Under the pieces are notes generated by a model. That model did no database searches. It worked only from the letters and a program-made list of their open reading frames with translations, and had not been told where the DNA came from. DNA of 53,622 nt, from NCBI GenBank assembly GCA_038131935.1, contig JAYPQH010000006.1:1-53622 (forward strand), given 5' to 3'. Both the position numbers and the translations under genes were made by a program. Origin of the DNA: Alphaproteobacteria bacterium. Lineage in GTDB: Bacteria > Pseudomonadota > Alphaproteobacteria > UBA8317. Below, in pieces: positions 43,509 to 53,064 of this stretch (positions are counted from its first letter, which is position 1; each line of letters opens with the position of its first letter).

Positions 43509-44127
43509 GGAACTTTTCTGCGAATTTTTGTTCCTCAAAAATGGCTTTGGCATTTGCTTGAACCTCAAGCAGGCGAGGAACTTCAAAGGAGCTTGCCAGT
43601 TCATCGCGGGTTTTTTTGGCATCCTTGATGTTAAGGGCTGTCGCCAACATCCACCAGGTTAGTGCTTGGTCCTCGTCTGCTGGGTTGAGGATGTCGCTAT
43701 AATAATGGGCCATTTGCGTGATGTAAGAGATGTCACCAGCCGCTACTTTGTTTTCAAGTTGTTTCAAAACATTGGCATAGATACCCTCAAGGCGATCCTC
43801 AGGAACAATATCTGAGAGATCTTCGGCAAGCTCATCGGCACGTTTCACATTGCCAAGTTTTGCCAATAAGGCGAGCTCCAATGCTTTAACATAATCTTGC
43901 GGTACACCGATGCCGTCATGAAGAATAAACGCCGCGTTATACTGAGCATCATGATCCCCTTGTTCTGCCAGAGCCAGAAATATCGAGATGGCGTCATAAT
44001 AAGCGCCTTCACGAAAATGTTTCATGGCTTGAGAAAAGGGTGTTGCAACTTGATGTTCCGCTGCCTGTCCCATGGACATGTTTAATGAGAGCAACATAGC
44101 GGTCAGTGCCAATATTCTATTGTTCAT
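43486..44127 (-). CDS. Exported Sel1-like repeat protein
   Basis: Signal peptide; LAEQGDHDAQYNAAFILHDGIGVPQDY Sel1 repeat. Confidence 0.85.
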   Translation of the reverse strand: MNNRILALTAMLLSLNMSMGQAAEHQVATPFSQAMKHFREGAYYDAISIFLALAEQGDHDAQYNAAFILHDGIGVPQDYVKALELALLAKLGNVKRADELAEDLSDIVPEDRLEGIYANVLKQLENKVAAGDISYITQMAHYYSDILNPADEDQALTWWMLATALNIKDAKKTRDELASSFEVPRLLEVQANAKAIFEEQKFAEKFLKPHPKD

Positions 44128-44129
44128 GA

Positions 44130-44510
44130 TTACCTTCCTGCCAGCATAATCAGCTGAAGATAAAACAACCTCAGTTTAAATCGAGAATTTTGCTGCTGCT
44201 CATAGACCACAACCTTGGGTCGTTCCCCATGGGATACAGAAAATTCAATATGAATGGTATCGGGTAACAATACACCATTGGTTTTGAGTGCATCACGAGG
44301 GTTTTTCATGAATTCTGCATGAAAGTCCGGATCAATCCAAATACGCGCCAAAACGCTACCCATGATATCTGGCAGCTGCTTTCGGACCTGATGGCGGTCC
44401 AACAAGACCACATCTTCTGATTTCTCACGTCCTGGGCTCATATGACCTGAATGCATACCAGGAGAGCGCACCACGGCAAGAGATGTAGCAGCTGATGTTT
44501 CAGATGGCAT
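44130..44510 (-). CDS. Protein with a nitrile-hydratase-alpha/NHLP leader-like segment
   Basis: VLARIWIDPDFHAEFMKNPRDALKTNGVLLP resembles the NHLP/NHase-alpha N-terminal motif. Confidence 0.6.
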   Translation of the reverse strand: MPSETSAATSLAVVRSPGMHSGHMSPGREKSEDVVLLDRHQVRKQLPDIMGSVLARIWIDPDFHAEFMKNPRDALKTNGVLLPDTIHIEFSVSHGERPKVVVYEQQQNSRFKLRLFYLQLIMLAGR

Positions 44511-44833
44511 GAGGAACTCCGAGGTCTTTTAACTGCTAACGGATGAATTAAGACAACTTTTAGGTTAACTGTTAATTCGTCAGTAGATCATGGCCATTTA
44601 TTTAAGTAAGCGGCATTCTAAGATCCACAAAAAGTTAAGTGTATTTGGAGAACTCGTATGTTAGAACTTTGATCCATGCCAAATGGTTTTAGTCATTTGT
44701 TCAAAATTTTATTGAGATAATGAATTGAGGGATTTGCTATCAACAGTGTCACGACAGTAAGGTATTTGTGCCCCAAATATCCTTTTTAAAACTCTCGTCT
44801 GCACGAAAAAAACAGAAAAGTTCCCTGAAAACC

Positions 44834-44859
44834 TAAACATTTGTGAAATTCGTCGTTTT
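44834..44859 (+). promoter_or_regulatory. sigma28-like promoter of the flagellin expression site
   Basis: TAAA-N14-GTCGTTTT, followed by AAGGAGA RBS before ATG 44942. Confidence 0.65.
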
Positions 44860-44941
44860 CTTCATCAGGACGCCCAAGGTCTCAGACCAAAACGGGCTGA
44901 ATTGTCCGACTAAATTCTGGGCTAGATAAAGGAGAAAACCG

Positions 44942-46132
44942 ATGGCTCTTACAGTTGCTACTAATACTGGCGCTCTTACGGCCCAAGCTGCCGCCTCAAG
45001 CGTAAACAGGGATATGGAAACATCAATGCAGCGACTTTCTACTGGAAAGCGCATAAATAGTGCTGCTGATGATGCCGGCATCGGGATTGCATCGCCTAAC
45101 ATCTGAAATTAGGGAACAAATCAATCCATTAGAAATGCGCTAGACGCACAGGCGATGCTATCAACCGCAGAAAGTGCGCATAATGAAGTGGAAAATATTC
45201 TGCAGCGCATGCGTGAAATCGCAGTTCAAGCATCCAACGACACAAATGGATCAGCTGATCGGACCTCACTCCAGGCTGAAATGACCCAATTAACAAACGA
45301 AATCAACAGAATAGCAGCATCAACAACTTGGGCTGGCGTATATTTGCTTAACGGTGATGGCGCAGATGGTTCTGTTTCTACTACTGCTGATGCAACAAAT
45401 ACGTTCACGTATCAAATATCATCAAATGAAACAGGTACAAATGATACCCTCTCCGCTGTAAATGAAAGCGATTGATGCCACGAGTTTGGGTGTAGGTGGT
45501 TCTTCGTCAGCTGCGACCGTTGCATTCGGTACACTTACTGCTGCTGATGCTTCGGCTTCGGCTTCCAGCAACAGCAACTGGGACAATTACGCTTGTTGCA
45601 GAGACTGATGCGTCCGCCGCTGCGAACACAGAAAAATTTACATTCACTGTTGATGGTGGAGTACGTTGACATACGACTCTTCACAGACGGTGTCGCAAAA
45701 GGTTATGACACAACAAGTTTAACTGCTTTGGCTCAATCATTCATTCAATCTCTTGAAGATAACCTAGATACAAACACCTTACTCCTTTTTCTGTAGCCAG
45801 CAGGAGCTGTATCAATAACAAAAAGAATTCGGTTAGCGTGTTTCTTCAAATTCAAACGCTCAAGCTTCAATGACATCTATCGATGCCGCCATAACTGAGT
45901 TGAAACACGCAGCGTGGTGCCATTGGTGCTTACATCAACAGACTAGAAAGTACGGTAGCGAACTTAACTGGAAGTTGTCGGTCAGCTTCAGGGTGGTTTA
46001 GGCCGGATACAAGACGCAGATTTTGCTTCAGAGACAACAAATTTGTCGAAAACACAAATTTTGCAGCAAGCTTCGACTGCAATGTTGGCCCAGGCTAACG
46101 CTTCAAAGCAGAGTGTTTTGTCTCTATTGTAA
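44942..46132 (+). CDS. fliC: Flagellin A (about 395 aa, currently at the expression site; several apparent sequencing frameshifts)
   Basis: [15 protein letters not shown]...[34 protein letters not shown]-terminus [32 protein letters not shown]. Confidence 0.92.
44966..44988 (+). repeat. Left inverted repeat / putative recombination site inside flagellin codons 9-16
   Basis: ACTGGCGCTCTTACGGCCCAAGC, exact reverse complement of 51126-51148. Confidence 0.9.
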
Positions 46133-46153
46133 GGCTAATTCAGAATATTTCTT

Positions 46154-46179
46154 GAGCCCACTAATTGGTGGTTCTTTTT
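46154..46179 (+). terminator. Probable terminator of flagellin A
   Basis: GAGCCCAC-TAATTG-GTGGTTC imperfect stem followed by a T run. Confidence 0.5.
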
Positions 46180-46296
46180 ATAATTAAATTAAAAAATAAT
46201 AAAAAAATAAATAAATTTAATTAAAAAATAATTAATAATTAAAAGTTTTGAGCGTTTTGTCGAAACCTTATGTGTGTGTTTTCTGTGGAACTAAGT

Positions 46297-47462
46297 ATGC
46301 TTACAAATAGAAAAATAGAACGCCAAAGATTTGCCCTTCAGGTAAAAATTTTTACGTTCGTGATCAAAAAACAAAAGGTTTAAGTTTGATTATATCAAGC
46401 AAATCAAAAAGATTTGTCCTTAGATTTCGGCGCAATGATAAGTTTTATAGCCGCACTTTAGGCTACTGGCCGTATGTCAATTTACAGACAGCTAGATCAA
46501 TGGCGGTTCATATAAAGTCTGCTAACGAATCGCTTCATTATGCAATTCCATCGCCGAAGAACTTCAAATCAATAAGCATGGATGATTTTATGTCTATCCA
46601 TCACTTGCCTTACCTAAGGGTTCAAAAGAAAAGTTGGTTTTTGGATGAAGGTTATTTCAAAAACCATATTCGACCATTGATAGGCACCTCACCGATCTCC
46701 TACATTAATAACGCTCATGTTGAAACATTAATTATTGAACTTAAAAGCAAAAATCTTGCAAATAGCACAATCAACAGAATATTGATTTCGCTTGGAAAAA
46801 TTCTGAAGCACGCGGAAAATATTGGACATTGTCCAATTGGCAACAGGAATAAATTAAAAATTAAACTTCTACCAGAGCAAAATCATATAACCAGATACTT
46901 AAGCAATGAGGAGCATCAGCGTCTTTTTCAAGCACTGGCCCAAGAAAATAAGCCTATTTTTAAATACTTTATTTCATTTTTGCTTTTAACTGGTTGCCGA
47001 AAGATGGAAGCCTTACAAGCTAAATGGATTGACTTTGATTTTAATAACAACATCTGGGTTATACCAAAGACAAAAAGTGGAAAAATTCGGAGGGTCCCCA
47101 TTTCTGATGCTGTCAAAAAGTTATTGTTGTTGAATGTTTCATCTTATCAGAAAAACAACCTTATCGAGGATAAGAGCCCTTATGTTTTTGTTAATGTCAA
47201 AACAGGAAAGCCATATGTGAACTGCGATAAGACATGGAAGAAGATACGAAAGAAGGCTGATCTTAAAAATTTTAGATTACATGATTTAAGGCATTCATTT
47301 GCCTCTATTTTGGCAAACGAAGGCGTGTCAATATATGAAATTCAGCATCTTCTCGGGCATGCATCAATTACAACCACAAATCGTTACGCACATTTAGTTC
47401 CTGAAAGACTTAGGCAGAGTGCGTCCATCGCAGCTGAGGAATATTCTCTTGCTTCTGATTAA
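46297..47462 (+). CDS. Tyrosine recombinase/integrase with an N-terminal arm-type DNA-binding domain (one frameshift near 46320)
   Basis: Catalytic set intact: TGCR, KTKSG, HDLRH, LLGH, TTNRY. N-terminus MLTNRKIE...RDQKTKGLSL...TLGYWPYVNLQTAR. Confidence 0.93.
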
Positions 47463-48236
47463 ATAGCGGCAGTAATCATATCACATTTCGCGCAAGCAAC
47501 TTTAATTTTTATTATTTCACGCCGTGGAAATTATTTATTGATTAAATTTAGTTTTGTTTAAACAACTTAACGAGATACTTATGATGCTCGTAATCCCAAG
47601 GCAGAAGTAAGATGTTTCTTGCCGTAACATTTCCTTAAATATTTTACGTAGATATACCACCAAAATTTTTGTCTTTACTTCACACACGTTACTAACCTTC
47701 TTATACCCTTAAATCTTTATAGATAGTTTCTGTTTATAGCTTGAATAAAGACCGATACAAGCCTGGTAGCTTTGAGTTAATGATATAATGTCCGTTTGCA
47801 AGTTTGTTTGTACAGAATGTTTTTGTTCACGCTGGATTTATTGAGAGTTTTGAAACATTCACCAACAAGATTAACCTTATTACCTTAAATTGAAATTTAT
47901 TATTTCTACTAGAACAACATTCTGAAATTATGTTTGTTATAATTCTTTATTTTATGTCATCTTAATAAATATTCGAACAATATCAAATATTTTTTAAATG
48001 ATTATAATGGAGGCTTTCAACAGTATCAATTGTGATGAATTCTGAGCAGAACAAGCAATACTGTCCAATTGATAATAAAAATTTCCTTTTCATTGAAAGC
48101 CGTTCCACCGATCTTTTCACGTACAGCTCCGCGTGATGACAGAATTTTGTTAGTAACTTAGTTATTTTCCATTAGGCAGCCTTATCACTACATCATTGTC
48201 GGATGATGCCATTGAATAATTCGACCATAGAATTAG

Positions 48237-48600
48237 TTGCAAAATACAATTTTGCGTCTTAAATTTGGATGTATTTTTGTGATCAGTAAGAAAGTTCAAA
48301 TTTTGAATGAATATTTTACATATTACACAAGACTAAGGAGCGAAGGTTTAGTCTTACAGGACAGACGCTTGGAAATTTTGTTTGTATTATTTCAGCATAA
48401 GAGAAAATGGATGGACCGAGTTTCGATTTCAAAGATGAGTCAAATGAGTTACCAATCAGCACTATATGAATTAGAAAAAATGGTTGCTGAACAAATTATA
48501 ATTACAAAAAAAAACGAGTGACATAGTTATTTCCAATACGGAATTTTATGCATTGTCAGAGGAAACATTTAAAAAGTTGCAAAACTTGTTTGATGAGTAA
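48237..48600 (+). CDS. Putative winged-helix DNA-binding protein (frameshift at the A9 run 48506-48514)
   Basis: LEILFVL...RVSISKMSQMSYQSALYELEKMVAEQII; with one A fewer it continues TSDIVISNTEFYALSEETFKKLQNLFDE*. Confidence 0.5.
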
Positions 48601-48672
48601 ATGAGAGAAACTAGCCAAACCTTTAGCGTATGCATTAATATTGAGCATTTTCACCTTTGTATTTGTAGTCAT

Positions 48673-48702
48673 AAAAAAAGGCCCAAATATTTGGGCCTTT
48701 TT
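48673..48702. terminator. Bidirectional intrinsic terminator (end of flagellin B and the wHTH gene)
   Basis: AAAAAAAGGCCCAAATATTTGGGCCTTTTT: perfect palindrome with A/T tails. Confidence 0.9.
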
Positions 48703-48727
48703 CATATTCGGTCTTTATAGGGTAGTT

Positions 48728-51148
48728 TTACCCCTTGAAGTAAGGATAGAATGTTCTGCTTGGCAGCATTCGCTTGAGCTAACATCGCCATGGATGCTTG
48801 TTGAAGGATTTGTGCCTTGGCTAAATTGGTAGTTTCACTTGCAAAATCAGCATCAGAAATTCTGCCCTTGGACGCTTCTGTATTGATAGCCGGTAAGTAA
48901 GACTTGCAATAGTGTGATCAAGTCGGTTCATTACCGCACCAAGCTTTGCACGCTCAGATGAAACATCATTTAATGCACTGTCAATAATCGCAAGAGCATC
49001 AGATGCAAGAGAGCTAGAGCCCAAATTCACCTCACTAACGCCACTTGCAGATGATGCGTTACCATCATCTAGAAACTTCTTTGCAGTGCCGGTTGTATTG
49101 CAGAGCCTGAGCAACCTGCATTGAGCCAGCCGCATCGGATTTAAACGAAGTAATAGAAACTTCCGTCCTGCAGATTGAACAAAGGTTAATGAGCCATCAC
49201 CATTATCTGCGACACTGATAGAACTAGTCATTCCAGCAGCTGCCAAACCATATTCAATTGCGGCTTTAATTTCTGCAACACAAGCTGTTGTGCCAACTGC
49301 TGATACGCTAGTTGGATCAACCACGGCAGTCCGCTCACCATCGGAAATCCGGAAAGCGTAGGTATCGATTGCAGTAAAGCTTATATCTATATCCGTAGCT
49401 TGTGCTGTCCCAACCGCAGTCGCTGGCAACTGCAGCTGTGCCATATGATGTGTCGTCGAGTACTTCAGACAACCCTTGAGTCCCACCACTATCTGAGTCA
49501 GTTGACGCGACAATTTTGCCACCTGCCGTAGATGTGAATCCAGTAGCACTGAAACTTCCTCCAGCTTCTTCAATGATACGAATTTGACCATTCGCGTGAG
49601 AAACGGTGTACGTATTACCGAGGGCATTACCTATCGTTGTAGCGACAAGATCCCGACAGCTGAAGTTCCATCGCAGGAGAATGATATTGCCGTCGTAACC
49701 CCACCATTCACGATGTTAAAAGCGTAGTCATCGGCAGATAATAAATCTAGATACATATTGCTTCCGCCGGACTCAGGTGTTGCAGCCGTCGCATTTGTCC
49801 CATCCGTATTGGTCAAAGTAAGCGCCAAACTGCCATTTACGGCAGCTGGTGGACTAGCTGTATCAACTTCCGTTAGCACGAGAGCTGTTTTCGTACCAAC
49901 GGCTTGCGCTGTAGCCGTCAAAGTCCCAGTTGTGGCATCTGCAGTGAAATTATAATCAGACTGAACAGCATTTAGCGTGCAGATGCTAAATCACCGACTG
50001 TACCAGAATCATCAACCGCTACTGAGACAGTGTAACCACCAGCACCGGCACCACCTTCTACATCAAGCTGAATCCGATTTTGATGTCGTGTTGTCAGGAT
50101 CAAAGCCGTTTCAGCCAAATCTCTTGCCTGTACAGATGCAGTGCCAGCTGTTGCACCAGCTGCTGCTGTGTAGGCTGCGCGATTGGTTCCATCAACCTCA
50201 AAGGTTGTCCCTGTACTAGCAGGTGCAGTACCGATAACTGCAGATGCATCAGAGCCCGCGCCACCATTAATCGTTGGAAATACAATTGACCGTGGTATTC
50301 GCAGTGGCTGAATACCCTGAGCGACCCCAAGCAGAGCCTGCCGGCGCTGTCTTCTTAATGGTTACTTTACATTGCCAGACGACAGCTGCTTGAATATCGT
50401 TGTCGACATTTTTGCGTTCTCAGTGGCCCGCAGGGGCTGTCGCAACAGAAATTGCCGCTGCAGAGTTATTTTTGCACCTTTGCATTTGCTAGGGACAACT
50501 GGGCCGCCGCACCGTGGTTATAGCTGCAACGTCAAAAGAGAAAAGTGTCGTTACCATTGGACGCAAGTTGGACCTGCGTAACACCTGCTTCAGACACCCT
50601 TGAAGCTTCCGCTTGTTACTGCTGTAAGCGTCGATACTGCACCATTTGTTCCCAGCGACGTTCGATACCCAAAACCTGAAACAAAGATCAAATTCATCGT
50701 TTGACCTGCCGCGATGCACTCGATTTGCAAATCGAAAGGACACCTGAGTTCCATTCTGGTGGAAGAGTCTTTCCGTTGAATTGAGTCGTGCTGACAATTC
50801 TGTCAATTTTTGCTTTTAATTGAGTTGTTTCTTTTGCTGATTATACGGTCATCATCACTGTTCGTGTCAGAAACCGACTGAACCGCCAATTCACGCATTC
50901 TTTGCAACATACTCTCTATTTCAACCATCGCACCTTTCAGCAGTGCTAGCAAGAGCCTGTCTTATCGCCAGCATTTCGGATTGCTTGGTTCAAACTCCTG
51001 ACCTGAGCCTCTAGACGTGATGCAATAGCAACGCCTGCGGCATCATCGGCGCGGCTGAATTGCCGCTGCCCTGTGGACAAAACGATTCATGGCCGTTTCC
51101 ATTCTTTGTTTACACTGACGCCGCGGCTTGGGCCGTAAGAGCGCCAGT
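48728..51148 (-). CDS. fliC: Flagellin B body (about 810 aa): silent cassette lacking promoter, RBS and codons 1-8; many apparent sequencing frameshifts
   Basis: Minus strand [11 protein letters not shown]..., [63 protein letters not shown], ending [16 protein letters not shown]. Confidence 0.88.
51126..51148 (-). repeat. Right inverted repeat / putative recombination site
   Basis: GCTTGGGCCGTAAGAGCGCCAGT, reverse complement of 44966-44988. Confidence 0.9.
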
Positions 51149-51652
51149 CTTAAAACCTTTTGTTTTGCGCTTGTAAAATATTGAAAGAGAATAAATTTTT
51201 AAGACTTCTTAAGGTAGAGATTTTTGACAGGTCATCCGGTGCAGTAATTGTCAAGAAATATGACAAGCAGATTGTTTTTAAATATGTTTTGATTATGTTT
51301 TTCCCCACTTACAATGAGCAAAACGCATTGATATTTTTGACAAAAAACGCATGCATTTTCTTATAAATTCTTCAAAATAATCAGCCATAAGCCCTCCGTG
51401 AGGTAATTTTGGTGTTTAGGATTGATAGGGTGTTTGGTGGAACGCGTGCTTCTGCGCAAGGAGAATGTAATGTATAGGGTCCACATTACCTGGGTTCAAA
51501 TTGATAAATGGATCTCTTTTTTAAGAGCGCTCATCAGAATTCATGCCGTTGTATGGATCTTTATTCTTTGAGCGTCACTTGCTTTATGGCTCAAGGAAAA
51601 CTTTGACTTGAGAAAACAGCTAACATCTCGTTTGTGTTGAAGGGTGTGATCG

Positions 51653-52154
51653 TTACCGTCTAATCCTATCTCTTACAAACCTTACAGCCATCTCTTGATT
51701 AGGAAAAAAGCGACCATAGGAATTCCCTGTATGAAAACTTACGGTCCAATAGTTTTCTTTGTTCCAAAAATTGGCCTGTCCTGTCAATAGGGTCCATTAA
51801 ATGTTGTTGGGAAACACAAGACGATTGATGGTTGGGCTTCCCCTTGATCTTTGCGGACCAAACCCTCGAGTTCATCTTTGGTTGGTAGACGCCATGGATT
51901 GCTTTGTTGTTCTTCTGACATTTTTTTCTGCAATTTTTTGTGCTTGTTCGACAGATAGGTGTATAATGTCGCCCTCACAGCTTGCTTTCCCGTCTTGCTC
52001 TTGAAAGGTTTGACCAAAGCTACAGCGCTGCCATTCAAGTTGTTGATGATGTCGATGGCAAGGTCACCTTCTCGCAGAAGTGCGATGCTTCAGCGGCTGC
52101 ATTATGTCCTAATGTTGCTATTATTAGAAGAGCGCTAAGGGTTCTTTTGTTCAT
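51653..52154 (-). CDS. Exported DUF1566 (Lcl C-terminal-like) protein, frameshifted
   Basis: Signal peptide MNKRTLSALLIIATLG; WRLPTKDEL; YWTVSFHTG; terminal AVRFVRD. Confidence 0.7.
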
Positions 52155-52198
52155 GGCATTTACTTTAACGTTGTGAATTTGTGAACTTAATCTCTTTT

Positions 52199-52215
52199 CT
52201 GGCATCATGCTTGCA
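52199..52215 (+). promoter_or_regulatory. sigma54 promoter of motAB
   Basis: CTGGCATCATGCTTGCA. Confidence 0.8.
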
Positions 52216-52286
52216 TAATCCCTTCGGTACAAGAAACTGCAAATCACTGCCAAATAGGATGATATGCAAAAATGGAGATAAAGGTT

Positions 52287-53049
52287 ATGGATCTCGCCTC
52301 ATTAATTGGCCTTATTGGTGCCATCGGTATGATTGTAGGAGCTATGATCTCTGGTGGTGGTATTGGTCCTTTTATCGATGTCCCCTCTATTTTAATTGTG
52401 TTTGGGGAACTTTTTTGCAGCTATGTATGTGTTCCTTTGGGTGTTTTTCTTAGGAAGCTTTTGCGCCATGGCCAAGGCTTTTATGCCTTCTAACAAGCCC
52501 AAAGAGGCCTTGATTGAGCGTATGGTCGAGCTTATGGTATTGCACGAAAGATGGTATGATGGCGCTTGAAGGCCAAGAAGTCCCTGATAAATTTTGGTAA
52601 AGGCCTTCAATTGCTGGTTGATGGTGCTGATGAGTAAGCTTGTGAAGCAGCTTAATCAGGAAATCAAAGCCATGAAGGCGTCACGAAGCCAACCAGAATG
52701 CGATTAAGGGCCGGGGTGGATCTGGCACCTGCAATGGGTACGGATTGGTACGCCCATCGGCTTGGTTCTGATGTTAGGAAGACATGGCTGACCTGAAAGC
52801 TATTGGTCCCGCAAGATGGCGTAGTTGCTCTTTTGACAACGCTTTATGGGGGCGTTCATCGCAAACGTCTTGTTCGGTGCCCATGGTGGCGAAGCTTGAA
52901 TATTATACCTCTGATGAGGTTGTGTACCGTGAAAATGGTTGTTGAAGGGTTGCGCACATTGCCCGCGGTGAGTCGCCCGCAACATTCAAGACCAGATGGC
53001 AAGTAACTCCGGCGCCTCAGCGCGCAGTGCAAAATTTGACGCGGCATAA
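52287..53049 (+). CDS. motA: Flagellar stator A subunit (PomA/MotA), multiply frameshifted in this sequence
   Basis: MDLASLIGLIGAIGMIVGAM..GGIGPFIDVPSILIVFG, KGLQLLVDG, DLAPAMG, GLVLMLG, VALLTTLYG in shifting frames. Confidence 0.88.
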
Positions 53050-53064
53050 GGTTAGAGGATCGCC

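Larger units (their letters stand above)
44966..51148. mobile_element. Putative 6.2-kb invertible DNA segment (flagellin switch)
   Basis: 23-bp inverted repeats in the 5' ends of two convergent flagellin bodies, with an internal tyrosine recombinase. Confidence 0.8.

Noticed and set aside
295-44085. Numerous antisense and alternate-frame ORFs in the ORF track (e.g. 39638-40255, 12189-12641, 38536-39036)
   Set aside because: They are shadows of well-supported genes and have no recognisable motifs.
44130-44510. RiPP biosynthetic cluster
   Set aside because: No core peptide, cyclodehydratase, radical SAM enzyme or transporter in the window.
44528-44580. CtrA boxes upstream of the NHLP-like gene and flagellin
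   Set aside because: Several TTAA words but no exact TTAA-N7-TTAA spacing.
46297-48700. Prophage or genomic island inserted between two flagellins
   Set aside because: No phage or conjugation genes, no tRNA target and no direct att repeats seen. The only matching sites are inverted and inside the flagellins.
51522-51530. TAAGAGCGC as a third recombination site
   Set aside because: Only a 9-bp match, with no full spacer, second arm or adjacent flagellin sequence.
51467-51650. Small gene after a GGAG RBS
   Set aside because: No sustained ORF or recognisable motif in an error-rich stretch.
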